From the NCBI RefSeq assembly GCF_013122565.1, contig NZ_CP053258.1: a stretch of 64,000 nt of DNA; one strand, given 5' to 3'. Both the position numbers and the translations under genes were made by a program. This DNA is from Escherichia coli (GTDB taxonomy: Bacteria > Pseudomonadota > Gammaproteobacteria > Enterobacterales > Enterobacteriaceae). Of this stretch, positions 22,051 through 32,355 are shown piece by piece. The notes under the pieces were generated by a model, which saw only the letters and a list, made by a program, of their open reading frames with translations, did not search any database and was not told the DNA's origin. Every line of letters starts with the position of its first letter. Position 1 is the stretch's first letter.

Positions 22051-23415
22051 TTAGTCACACTGGACTTTGATTGCCAGACCACCGCGTGAGGTTTCGCGGT
22101 ATTTGGCGTTCATGTCCTTACCGGTTTCGTACATCGTTTCGATGACCTTATCCAGCGAGACGCGCGGTGCACTGGTGCGGCGCAGAGCCATCCGTGCGGC
22201 GTTAATCGCCTTCACAGAGGCAATGGCATTACGCTCAATGCACGGCACCTGAACCTGCCCTGAAACCGGGTCGCAGGTTAAACCAAGGTTGTGTTCCATG
22301 CCAATTTCCGCCGCCACGCAAACCTGTTCCGGGCTACCGCCCAGCAGTTCTGCAAGACCCGCAGCAGCCATTGAACAGGCAACACCCACTTCGCCCTGGC
22401 AACCAACTTCCGCACCGGAAATAGAGGCGTTCATTTTATACAATGCACCAATCGCGCCCGCTGCCATAAAGTAACGGGTATAGATGTCCGGGCTGACCGA
22501 TTCAATAAAGTGGTCATAGTAAGCCAGCACTGCCGGAACGATACCGCAGGCACCGTTGGTTGGCGCAGTTACCACACGACCACCGGCGGCGTTTTCTTCG
22601 TTAACTGCCAGCGCAAACATGTTTACCCAGTCAATGACATTCATCGGATCGTTAGACAGTTTATCGCTGGAAACCAGCATCCGGCGCAGGGCAGACGCAC
22701 GACGTGGCACGCGCAGCGGGCCTGGCAGTACACCTTCGGTGTTCATCCCGCGATCGATACATGCCTGCATGGTTTGCCAGACATGCGCGAAATACTCGTC
22801 GATCTCTTTCTTGCTGTGCAGCGCCAGTTCGTTCTGCATAGCGAGACCAGACAGCGAATAGCCGGTTTCATTACAGTACGCGAGCAGTTCGGTGGCAGAT
22901 TTGAACGGATACGGCACGCTCACTTCGTTGGCAGCATCCTGACCAAAGTGTTCTTCATCGACGATAAAACCGCCGCCGATGGAATAATAAGTTTTGCTGT
23001 AGACGACTTCATCGCCGTTATAGGCGTGGATTTGCATACCGTTTTCATGCAGCGGCAGGTTGCCGTTATGAAAACGCATCCCGTTGTCGCGCGGGAAATC
23101 CACTTCATGCTGTCCCTGTGCCAGCAGCAGACGTTCGCGCTCTTCTACGTCGCGAATAAAACCGGGAATACTGTCGATATCCACGGTGGCAGGTTCGTTA
23201 CCTGCAAGACCCATAATAATGGCGATATCGGTGTGGTGGCCTTTACCCGTCAGCGACAGTGAACCATAAACGTCCACGGCAACGCGAGTAATGCTATCCA
23301 GTAAGCCTTTTTCGACCAGATCATCGACGAACTGTTTACCTGCCTTCATAGGCCCTACGGTATGGGAAGATGAGGGACCAATCCCCACCTTAAACATGTC
23401 GAATAGACTAATCAC
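22051..23415 (-). CDS. sdaA: L-serine dehydratase 1
   Basis: 454-aa ORF starting [29 protein letters not shown]. Confidence 0.95.
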   Translation of the reverse strand: MISLFDMFKVGIGPSSSHTVGPMKAGKQFVDDLVEKGLLDSITRVAVDVYGSLSLTGKGHHTDIAIIMGLAGNEPATVDIDSIPGFIRDVEERERLLLAQGQHEVDFPRDNGMRFHNGNLPLHENGMQIHAYNGDEVVYSKTYYSIGGGFIVDEEHFGQDAANEVSVPYPFKSATELLAYCNETGYSLSGLAMQNELALHSKKEIDEYFAHVWQTMQACIDRGMNTEGVLPGPLRVPRRASALRRMLVSSDKLSNDPMNVIDWVNMFALAVNEENAAGGRVVTAPTNGACGIVPAVLAYYDHFIESVSPDIYTRYFMAAGAIGALYKMNASISGAEVGCQGEVGVACSMAAAGLAELLGGSPEQVCVAAEIGMEHNLGLTCDPVSGQVQVPCIERNAIASVKAINAARMALRRTSAPRVSLDKVIETMYETGKDMNAKYRETSRGGLAIKVQCD

Positions 23416-23598
23416 GATAATACTCCTGACAAGGTGACTGGACTTCCAGTAACGAACTAATAACAGCGCATAGTGTAAGAGGGAACGCGGCGACTGGCTT
23501 AACTATTCACATGAATTAAACTAATCAAAAACCGCGATTTAACTAATATTGCGATGATTGTCTCAAGTAGTGTTTTGTAGATGTAAAGATAAGTATAG

Positions 23599-24177
23599 TC
23601 AGGGTTTCACACCAATTTGCAGCGCCAGCTCACGAATTATGCCTGCGGTCATTCCCCATACAAAATACTGTTCGTACCAGGACAGCCATACCCGATGTGA
23701 ATCGCCACGGCGGTAGATATCTAAAGGGTGATAACGACCCAGATGTAATGCCTGGGCGAGCGGCATTTCAAACACCGCCGAGACTTCATCTTCACTGGCG
23801 CGATACGGCAGATCGGGCGGGATAATGCCGACCACTGGGGTTACCTGGTAGCCAGTTACGCTATCGACGGGCGGCAGCACGCCGATAACTTCAACGGCGG
23901 AAGGCGGTATAGCAACCTCTTCTTCAGCTTCGCGCAGCGCGGCGGCGATAACTGATGCGTCCGTGTCATCGACTGCACCTCCAGGGAATGCCACTTGTCC
24001 AGCGTGTTTACGCAGATGAATTGAACGCTGAGTCAGCAACAACCCCGGTTGCGGTCGACGGACGATGGGGATTAACACGGCAGCCTGACGATGATTTAGG
24101 GTTTCCCGGTTAATTTGCGGGCGCAAAAGTTGAAAGCGCGATAAAAAATCATCAAGCGTCAGGCTACGGTATTCCAC
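23599..24177 (-). CDS. nudL: Nudix CoA pyrophosphohydrolase NudL (YeaB)
   Basis: 192-aa ORF with Nudix box [23 protein letters not shown]. Confidence 0.9.
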
Positions 24178-24180
24178 GTC

Positions 24181-25542
24181 TTACTTCTCCAGTTGCTTCA
24201 GGATACGATTAACTTTATCAAAAGTTTCCTGATATTCCGCTTCTTCCTGGCTATCGGCGACAATTCCACCGCCCGCAGAGCAGAAAATTTGTCCGTTAAT
24301 GGCAGTCAGCGTGCGGATAGTAATGCTGGTGTCCATGTTGCCGCAAAAGCTCAAATAGCCAATGCTGCCGCACCAGGCATTGCGTCGCTGCGGTTCCAGT
24401 TCGTCGATAATTTCCATAGCCCGTACTTTCGGAGCCCCGGTTATTGAACCACCAGGAAAAGCTGCGCGCAGCAGATCGCTGGCGTGTAACTGTTCTGGTA
24501 GTCGCGCCGTTATGGTGCTGACCAGATGATGCACGGCAGGGAAGGGTTCCACCACGAACAGCTCTGGTACTTTTACCGAACCTGCTACGGCAACACGACC
24601 GATATCATTACGCATTAAATCGACAATCATCAGATTTTCGGCACGATCTTTCGCTGAGTTCGCCAGTTTTTCTGCTTGTTTGCTATCCTCCTGAGGATCG
24701 GGCAGGCGCGGTAGCGTGCCTTTAATAGGGCGGGTCTGGATTTCACTATTATCACAAAGAATAAACCGCTCTGGCGAAAGGCTTAAAATTGCACCCTGTT
24801 CAAGACGTAAAAAAGCGCTAAATGGCGCGCGGTTGGCCTGATTAAGCTGAAGGAATGCCTGCCATTCATCGCCAGAATAGGTCGCATGAAAACGCTGGGC
24901 GAGATTCACCTGATAGCAATCACCGCTGTGCAGATATTCCTGTACCTGGCGAAATTTTTCGCCGTACTGCTCGCGGGTCATATTGGATTGCCAGTCGGAA
25001 GTGAGCGTGAAATCTTCCTGCGGGGAGAATTGCTGGCTTTCCAGCCAGACCCGACGGGCATTGACATCATTATGACTCAGCAAAGAAACTGTTTGACGCT
25101 GGTGGTCGACAATGAGCGCCCAATCGTAGATACCCACTGCCATATCGGGCAGAACGATATCTTGTTCCGCAATTTCTGGCATTGACTCAAAACGGCGACC
25201 CAGATCGTAGCCAAACAACCCCAGCGCGCCGCCCTGAAATGGCAAATCTTCGTTATGCGCTGGGCGGATGTCTGCGCGATCCAGCACCCGCTGTAGCACC
25301 TGTAGCGGGTCATCTGTAGTCGTTGTGCGTTTTTCGCCTTCACTAACAACGGTTTCTTTACCGGAAGTGGTTAAAGTGCAAATCGGCTCGGCGACCACAA
25401 TATCAAAGCGACTATGCGGATGTTTGGCATAGCCGGAGTGTAACAACATCGCCCACGGCAGGTGGCTTAAGCGGGAGAAATAAAATTCAGCGGCGTCCTG
25501 ACGCCAGGGTAAAGTAATCACAGCGGGAGATAACGTCTTCAT
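24181..25542 (-). CDS. pabB: Aminodeoxychorismate synthase component I
   Basis: 453-aa ORF starting MKTLSPAVITLPWRQDAAEFYFSRLSHLPWAMLLHSGYA, with chorismate-binding domain. Confidence 0.95.
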   Translation of the reverse strand: MKTLSPAVITLPWRQDAAEFYFSRLSHLPWAMLLHSGYAKHPHSRFDIVVAEPICTLTTSGKETVVSEGEKRTTTTDDPLQVLQRVLDRADIRPAHNEDLPFQGGALGLFGYDLGRRFESMPEIAEQDIVLPDMAVGIYDWALIVDHQRQTVSLLSHNDVNARRVWLESQQFSPQEDFTLTSDWQSNMTREQYGEKFRQVQEYLHSGDCYQVNLAQRFHATYSGDEWQAFLQLNQANRAPFSAFLRLEQGAILSLSPERFILCDNSEIQTRPIKGTLPRLPDPQEDSKQAEKLANSAKDRAENLMIVDLMRNDIGRVAVAGSVKVPELFVVEPFPAVHHLVSTITARLPEQLHASDLLRAAFPGGSITGAPKVRAMEIIDELEPQRRNAWCGSIGYLSFCGNMDTSITIRTLTAINGQIFCSAGGGIVADSQEEAEYQETFDKVNRILKQLEK

Positions 25543-25615
25543 CAGTCCTGACTCTACTGGCTATGTGCCGGGTAGCATGAAATAATTAGCGCCAACAATT
25601 TAGCAGGAGTTAACA

Positions 25616-25795
25616 ATGTTTGCAGGTTTACCTTCACTCACCCATGAACAGCAGCAAAAAGCTGTCGAGCGGATCCAGGAACTGATGGCACAAGGGATGA
25701 GCAGCGGCCAGGCAATCGCGTTGGTGGCAGAAGAGCTGCGTGCCAACCATTCCGGCGAGCGAATCGTGGCGCGTTTTGAGGATGAAGACGAGTAA
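25616..25795 (+). CDS. yoaH: UPF0181 small protein YoaH, 59 aa
   Basis: ATG at 25616 preceded by AGGAG SD; translates to [59 protein letters not shown]. Below the ORF-track size cutoff. Confidence 0.8.
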
Positions 25796-25853
25796 CACAC
25801 TAATCCGTATTGATTTCGTTATACAAGCCGATGATTATTTGATTGTGAGAAAA

Positions 25854-25886
25854 AGGACGCTTTTTATATGTGATTAAAAGCGTCCT
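25854..25886. terminator. Hairpin between convergent yoaH and yoaC (bidirectional terminator candidate)
   Basis: Stem aggacgctttt / aaaagcgtcct with 11-nt loop, flanked by A-run and T-run. Confidence 0.55.
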
Positions 25887-25914
25887 GACCCATTTATGCT
25901 GATATAAATTTAAC

Positions 25915-26214
25915 TCAGACCAGTGCTTTTAGTTCTTCCTGCATATATGTTGAAAAGTATTCAGGATTTTTAATCACAGAGCGTTCACCTGTCTCCATTT
26001 TTTTTGCCCATCCAACCATTTTTTCCGTGAACCCAGGGTTCCAGCCTTCCTGGTCAGCTCGCGCCGTAATATCAGCGGCACTCGCGGGTACTCCCAGTTC
26101 TTTTAAATATTTAAAGATTCCCTTCGCCGTGCTTTCATTCATCGAACTTGGTGTTGGCGCTGATACATCCATGGCACCAATGAAATCCAGGGCTTTATCT
26201 ATTACAGCAGGCAT
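25915..26214 (-). CDS. yoaC: DUF1889 protein YoaC
   Basis: ORF 25915-26274; start trimmed to MPAVIDKALDFIGAMDVSAP (99 aa). Confidence 0.8.
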   Translation of the reverse strand: MPAVIDKALDFIGAMDVSAPTPSSMNESTAKGIFKYLKELGVPASAADITARADQEGWNPGFTEKMVGWAKKMETGERSVIKNPEYFSTYMQEELKALV

Positions 26215-26635
26215 ATTCTTATCCTTAAAATTAACCATGTTATCGATAAGGCTATATATGACCTTAATTTGCATCTAATATCAAAGGGATTATAACGATA
26301 TGGCACGAGTTAACCTGTTGACATTCAGGTGTTTTAAAGGTAGCAGCTCATGGTGTGTTATCCAGTAAGATGGAGAAAATTAACGGTCAGTCCGCACGCT
26401 ATAACCAGATTGTTCAGCTAAGAAAGAAAACCAGAGTTGCTAATCAAAGGGCGAACACAACGGCATAGTTATGTTTATTTATATAGTTAGTTTTATAGAT
26501 AAAATTGAAATTATAAAAATAAATAATGAATTAGCAGAAGCATCAACAGTAATATCTTATTCTCTGGTCGATTTATGTAAAACCGACCAGTATTATCGAT
26601 AAATTATCGTCTGACTTATTTTGCTTCGATAAAGC

Positions 26636-26980
26636 TTACACCGCAGCCACAATCTTAATTTCAACTTTATACTTCGGGTTCATCAAACCCGCTTGTACCG
26701 TGCAGCGCACCGGCGCATGACCCGCGACAACCCAGGCATCCCACGCTTTATTCATCGCCGCGAAGTCGTTTTTATCGGCCAGGAAAATGGTGGCATCCAG
26801 AATGCTCGATTTATTGCTGCCCTGTTTTTCCAGCACGGCGTCAATCTGCGCCAGCGTGTTGGCGGTTTGCTCAAAGGCATCGGCGTCGAGGTTTTCCGGT
26901 ACACCAGTGTAGTAGAGCGTGTTGTTGTGGATTACTACATCAGACCAGCGGGCTTCAGCATCGATACGAACGATAGTCAT
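26636..26980 (-). CDS. yoaB: RidA/YjgF-family protein YoaB
   Basis: ORF 26636-27028; start trimmed to MTIVRIDAEARWSDVVIHNN (114 aa). Confidence 0.85.
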   Translation of the reverse strand: MTIVRIDAEARWSDVVIHNNTLYYTGVPENLDADAFEQTANTLAQIDAVLEKQGSNKSSILDATIFLADKNDFAAMNKAWDAWVVAGHAPVRCTVQAGLMNPKYKVEIKIVAAV

Positions 26981-27087
26981 CATTTTGTCCTCATTATACT
27001 TCCATTTTCGTGCTGCAAAGACTGCCACAATGTGAGGTCGCCGTCATCACTTCAACTGGCGAAAGCGCCCTCATCCTGACATAATCC

Positions 27088-27103
27088 CTGTTCAAATCAA
27101 CAG
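27088..27103 (+). promoter_or_regulatory. LexA (SOS) box upstream of yoaA
   Basis: Exact CTGT-N8-ACAG (CTGTtcaaatcaACAG), 9 nt upstream of the yoaA GTG start, with a CATAAT -10-like hexamer at 27080-27085. Confidence 0.55.
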
Positions 27104-27111
27104 GGGGTAGT

Positions 27112-29022
27112 GTGACGGACGATTTTGCACCAGACGGTCAGCTGGCGAAAGCGATACCAGGCTTTAAGCCGCGAGAACCACAGCGACAGATGGCGGTAGC
27201 CGTCACCCAGGCGATAGAAAAAGGCCAGCCGCTAGTGGTGGAAGCAGGAACCGGTACGGGCAAAACCTACGCTTACCTGGCCCCTGCGCTGCGGGCGAAA
27301 AAGAAAGTCATTATCTCGACCGGCTCAAAAGCGTTGCAGGATCAGCTCTACAGCCGCGATTTGCCAACGGTCTCAAAGGCGTTGAAATACACGGGCAACG
27401 TGGCGTTGCTGAAAGGGCGCTCAAACTATCTCTGCCTCGAACGTCTCGAACAGCAGGCGCTGGCGGGCGGCGATCTGCCGGTACAAATCTTAAGCGATGT
27501 GATCCTCCTGCGCTCCTGGTCCAATCAAACAGTCGATGGCGATATCAGCACCTGCGTCAGCGTGGCGGAAGATTCGCAGGCGTGGCCGCTGGTCACCAGC
27601 ACCAACGACAACTGTCTTGGCAGCGACTGCCCGATGTATAAAGATTGCTTTGTGGTCAAAGCACGTAAAAAAGCGATGGACGCCGATGTGGTGGTGGTAA
27701 ACCATCATCTCTTTCTGGCGGATATGGTGGTTAAAGAGAGTGGATTTGGCGAGTTGATCCCGGAAGCGGACGTCATGATCTTCGACGAAGCCCACCAGCT
27801 ACCGGACATTGCCAGCCAGTATTTTGGTCAGTCACTCTCCAGTCGACAACTGCTCGACCTGGCAAAAGACATCACCATCGCCTACCGCACCGAATTAAAA
27901 GACACCCAGCAGTTACAAAAGTGCGCTGATCGTCTTGCCCAGAGTGCGCAGGATTTTCGTCTGCAACTCGGTGAACCAGGTTATCGCGGTAACCTGCGTG
28001 AGCTGTTAGCTAATCCGCAAATTCAGCGGGCATTTTTACTGCTCGATGACACCCTGGAACTTTGTTATGACGTGGCGAAACTGTCACTGGGGCGTTCCGC
28101 GTTGCTGGATGCGGCATTTGAACGCGCCACGTTATATCGCACGCGACTCAAACGGCTAAAAGAGATCAATCAACCGGGCTATAGCTATTGGTACGAATGC
28201 ACTTCGCGCCATTTTACTCTGGCTCTCACACCGCTCAGCGTGGCGGATAAATTCAAAGAGTTAATGGCGCAAAAACCAGGTAGCTGGATCTTTACCTCAG
28301 CAACGCTGTCGGTGAACGACGATCTGCATCATTTCACCTCGCGACTTGGCATCGAACAGGCAGAGTCGTTGCTGTTACCCAGCCCCTTTGATTACAGCCG
28401 TCAGGCGTTACTCTGTGTGCCGCGCAACCTGCCGCAAACCAATCAACCGGGCTCCGCACGGCAACTGGCGGCAATGCTGCGACCGATCATCGAAGCTAAC
28501 AACGGTCGTTGTTTTATGCTTTGTACCTCGCACGCCATGATGCGCGATCTGGCCGAGCAGTTCCGCGCCACCATGACGCTTCCCGTTTTGTTGCAGGGGG
28601 AAACTAGCAAAGGGCAACTGTTGCAGCAATTTGTCAGCGCCGGTAACGCGCTTCTTGTGGCAACCAGTAGTTTCTGGGAAGGGGTGGACGTGCGTGGCGA
28701 TACATTGTCATTGGTGATTATCGACAAATTGCCGTTTACCTCGCCGGATGATCCACTGTTAAAAGCGCGCATGGAAGATTGCCGTTTGCGTGGTGGTGAC
28801 CCGTTCGATGAAGTGCAGCTGCCGGATGCGGTCATTACTCTCAAGCAGGGAGTAGGGCGACTGATTCGCGACGCCGACGATCGCGGGGTTTTGGTGATTT
28901 GTGACAATCGGCTGGTGATGCGCCCTTACGGCGCGACGTTTCTCGCCAGTCTGCCGCCAGCGCCGCGCACCCGTGACATTGCCCGTGCGGTTCGTTTCCT
29001 TGCGATACCATCCTCCAGGTAA
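27112..29022 (+). CDS. yoaA: DinG-family ATP-dependent DNA helicase YoaA
   Basis: 636-aa ORF starting (GTG) MTDDFAPDGQLAKAIPGFKPREPQRQMAV, with Walker A AGTGTGKT. Confidence 0.9.
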   Translation: MTDDFAPDGQLAKAIPGFKPREPQRQMAVAVTQAIEKGQPLVVEAGTGTGKTYAYLAPALRAKKKVIISTGSKALQDQLYSRDLPTVSKALKYTGNVALLKGRSNYLCLERLEQQALAGGDLPVQILSDVILLRSWSNQTVDGDISTCVSVAEDSQAWPLVTSTNDNCLGSDCPMYKDCFVVKARKKAMDADVVVVNHHLFLADMVVKESGFGELIPEADVMIFDEAHQLPDIASQYFGQSLSSRQLLDLAKDITIAYRTELKDTQQLQKCADRLAQSAQDFRLQLGEPGYRGNLRELLANPQIQRAFLLLDDTLELCYDVAKLSLGRSALLDAAFERATLYRTRLKRLKEINQPGYSYWYECTSRHFTLALTPLSVADKFKELMAQKPGSWIFTSATLSVNDDLHHFTSRLGIEQAESLLLPSPFDYSRQALLCVPRNLPQTNQPGSARQLAAMLRPIIEANNGRCFMLCTSHAMMRDLAEQFRATMTLPVLLQGETSKGQLLQQFVSAGNALLVATSSFWEGVDVRGDTLSLVIIDKLPFTSPDDPLLKARMEDCRLRGGDPFDEVQLPDAVITLKQGVGRLIRDADDRGVLVICDNRLVMRPYGATFLASLPPAPRTRDIARAVRFLAIPSSR

Positions 29023-29079
29023 TTTGTTACGGAGTATGGTATGATGCGCGCCTTTTTATTGATCTAAGCACGAAGACCC

Positions 29080-29775
29080 ATGCGAATTCTGGCTATCGAT
29101 ACCGCGACAGAGGCCTGCTCTGTCGCCCTGTGGAACGACGGTACTGTCAACGCTCATTTTGAGCTTTGCCCTCGTGAACATACTCAACGAATTTTACCGA
29201 TGGTGCAGGATATCCTGACCACCAGCGGAACTTCCCTGACTGACATAAACGCTCTGGCATACGGGCGCGGCCCCGGTAGCTTTACCGGCGTGCGCATTGG
29301 TATTGGCATTGCGCAAGGGCTGGCACTTGGCGCAGAGCTACCGATGATTGGCGTCTCCACGCTAATGACGATGGCGCAAGGGGCGTGGCGCAAAAACCGC
29401 GCAACACGCGTGCTGGCAGCCATTGACGCGCGAATGGGCGAAGTTTACTGGGCCGAATATCAGCGTGATGAGAACGGTATCTGGCACGGTGAAGAAGCCG
29501 AAGCCGTACTCAAACCCGAACTCGTTCATGAACGGATGCAACAGCTTTCCGGCGAATGGGTGACGGTAGGGACGGGCTGGCAAGCCTGGCCGGATCTCGG
29601 TAAAGAGAGCGGGCTGGTTTTGCGCGATGGCGAAGTGTTACTCCCCGCTGCAGAAGATATGCTGCCGATTGCTTGTCAGATGTTTGCCGAGGGTAAAACG
29701 GTGGCGGTGGAACATGCCGAACCGGTTTATTTACGTAACAACGTCGCATGGAAGAAACTTCCGGGCAAAGAATGA
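29080..29775 (+). CDS. tsaB: tRNA t6A biosynthesis protein TsaB (YeaZ)
   Basis: 231-aa ORF starting [23 protein letters not shown]. Confidence 0.95.
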   Translation: MRILAIDTATEACSVALWNDGTVNAHFELCPREHTQRILPMVQDILTTSGTSLTDINALAYGRGPGSFTGVRIGIGIAQGLALGAELPMIGVSTLMTMAQGAWRKNRATRVLAAIDARMGEVYWAEYQRDENGIWHGEEAEAVLKPELVHERMQQLSGEWVTVGTGWQAWPDLGKESGLVLRDGEVLLPAAEDMLPIACQMFAEGKTVAVEHAEPVYLRNNVAWKKLPGKE

Positions 29776-29814
29776 ATCTTAAGAGTATGCCCTGAGAAAA
29801 AAAGGAGTCGCATC

Positions 29815-30396
29815 ATGGCGGTTCAAAAGAATGTTATCAAAGGCATACTGGCAGGTACGTTTGCGCTAATGCTGAGCGGTTGTGTCACTGTGCCGGACGC
29901 CATTAAAGGCAGCAGTCCCACGCCGCAACAAGATTTAGTTCGGGTGATGAGTGCGCCGCAGCTGTACGTTGGTCAGGAGGCACGCTTTGGTGGCAAAGTG
30001 GTTGCGGTACAAAACCAGCAAGGGAAAACCCGCCTGGAAATTGCTACCGTACCGCTGGACAGCGGAGCCAGACCGACGCTGGGAGAACCTTCTCGCGGTC
30101 GCATTTATGCCGATGTGAACGGTTTTCTGGACCCGGTGGATTTCCGTGGACAACTGGTTACGGTAGTCGGGCCAATCACTGGTGCGGTTGACGGCAAAAT
30201 CGGCAATACGCCCTATAAATTTATGGTGATGCAAGTAACGGGTTACAAACGTTGGCATTTAACCCAGCAGGTGATTATGCCGCCTCAGCCGATTGATCCA
30301 TGGTTTTATGGTGGTCGTGGCTGGCCCTATGGCTACGGTGGATGGGGCTGGTATAATCCCGGCCCCGCGAGAGTACAAACAGTTGTAACTGAATAA
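29815..30396 (+). CDS. yeaY: Slp-family outer-membrane lipoprotein YeaY
   Basis: 193-aa ORF with lipoprotein signal [23 protein letters not shown]. Confidence 0.85.
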
Positions 30397-30511
30397 TTGC
30401 TTGTTTTTAAAGAAAAAGAAACAGCGGCTGGTCCGCTGTTTCTGCATTCTTACGGTAAAGATAAAAATAAATAGTGACGCGCTTCGCAACCTTTTCGTTG
30501 GGTAATTATCA

Positions 30512-30528
30512 AGCTGGTAAGATGAGTT
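30512..30528 (+). promoter_or_regulatory. FadR operator-like site upstream of fadD
   Basis: AGCTGGTAAGATGAGTT fits the FadR pattern A-N-CTGGT-NN-GA-NNN-GTT; lies about 70 nt upstream of the fadD start. Confidence 0.45.
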
Positions 30529-30600
30529 AATATTATGTTAACAACATGTTTATCACTTGGGGTTGCGATGACGACGAACACGCATTTTAGAGGTGAAGAA

Positions 30601-32286
30601 TTGAAGAAGGTTTGGCTTAACCGTTATCCCGCGGACGTTCCGACGGAGATCAACCCTGACCGTTATCAATCTCTGGTAGATATGTTTGAGCAGTCGGTCG
30701 CGCGCTACGCCGATCAGCCTGCGTTTGTGAATATGGGGGAGGTGATGACCTTCCGCAAGCTGGAAGAACGCAGTCGCGCGTTTGCCGCTTATTTGCAACA
30801 AGGGTTGGGGCTGAAGAAAGGCGATCGCGTTGCGTTGATGATGCCTAACTTATTGCAATATCCGGTGGCGCTGTTTGGCATTTTGCGTGCCGGGATGATC
30901 GTCGTAAACGTTAACCCGTTATATACCCCGCGAGAGCTTGAGCATCAGCTTAACGATAGCGGCGCATCGGCGATTGTTATCGTGTCTAACTTTGCTCACA
31001 CACTGGAAAAAGTGGTTGATAAAACCGCCGTTCAGCACGTAATTCTGACCCGTATGGGCGATCAGCTATCTACGGCAAAAGGCACGGTAGTCAATTTCGT
31101 TGTTAAATACATCAAGCGTCTGGTGCCGAAATACCATCTGCCAGATGCCATTTCATTTCGTAGCGCCCTGCATAACGGCTACCGGATGCAGTACGTCAAA
31201 CCCGAACTGGTGCCGGAAGATTTAGCCTTCCTGCAATACACCGGCGGCACCACAGGTGTGGCTAAAGGCGCGATGCTGACTCACCGCAATATGCTGGCGA
31301 ACCTGGAACAGGTCAACGCCACCTATGGGCCGTTGCTGCATCCAGGTAAAGAACTGGTAGTAACGGCGCTGCCGCTGTATCACATTTTTGCCCTGACCAT
31401 TAACTGCCTGCTGTTTATCGAACTGGGTGGGCAGAACCTGCTTATCACTAACCCGCGTGATATTCCAGGGTTGGTAAAAGAGTTAGCGAAATATCCGTTT
31501 ACCGCTATCACTGGCGTTAACACCTTGTTCAATGCGTTGCTGAACAATAAAGAGTTCCAGCAGCTGGATTTCTCCAGTCTGCATCTTTCCGCAGGCGGAG
31601 GGATGCCTGTTCAGCAAGTGGTGGCAGAACGTTGGGTGAAACTGACCGGACAGTATCTGCTGGAAGGCTATGGCCTGACCGAGTGTGCGCCGCTGGTCAG
31701 CGTTAACCCGTATGATATTGATTATCATAGTGGCAGCATCGGTTTGCCGGTGCCGTCGACGGAAGCCAAACTGGTGGATGATGATGATAATGAAGTACCA
31801 CCGGGTCAACCGGGTGAGCTTTGTGTCAAAGGACCGCAGGTGATGCTGGGTTACTGGCAGCGTCCGGATGCTACAGATGAGATCATCAAAAATGGCTGGT
31901 TACACACCGGCGACATCGCGGTAATGGATGAAGAAGGATTCCTGCGCATTGTCGATCGTAAAAAAGATATGATTCTGGTTTCCGGTTTTAACGTCTATCC
32001 TAACGAGATTGAAGATGTCGTCATGCAGCATCCTGGCGTACAAGAAGTCGCGGCTGTTGGCGTACCTTCCGGCTCCAGTGGTGAAGCGGTAAAAATCTTT
32101 GTAGTGAAAAAAGATCCATCGCTTACCGAAGAGTCACTGGTGACTTTTTGCCGCCGTCAGCTCACGGGCTACAAAGTACCGAAGCTGGTGGAGTTTCGTG
32201 ATGAGTTACCGAAATCTAACGTCGGAAAAATTTTGCGACGAGAATTACGTGACGAAGCGCGCGGCAAAGTGGACAATAAAGCCTGA
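30601..32286 (+). CDS. fadD: Long-chain-fatty-acid-CoA ligase FadD
   Basis: ORF 30535-32286; start trimmed to TTG at 30601 ([23 protein letters not shown]), 561 aa, AMP-binding motifs. Confidence 0.9.
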
Positions 32287-32305
32287 GCGTTAAGTCAGTC
32301 GTCAG

Positions 32306-32331
32306 ACGCCGGTTAATCCGGCGTTTTTTTT
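32306..32331 (+). terminator. Rho-independent terminator downstream of fadD
   Basis: Stem acgccgg / ccggcgt with ttaat loop followed by a T8 run. Confidence 0.7.
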
Positions 32332-32355
32332 GACGCCCACTAAAGAGAATACAAT

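Noticed and set aside
22510-23262. 250-aa plus-strand ORF inside sdaA
   Set aside because: Antisense to L-serine dehydratase; no independent signals.
30535-30600. 5' extension of the fadD ORF call from ATG 30535
   Set aside because: The TTG at 30601 ([10 protein letters not shown]) is preferred as matching the recalled FadD N-terminus; the upstream ATG would add 22 non-conserved residues over the FadR-like site.
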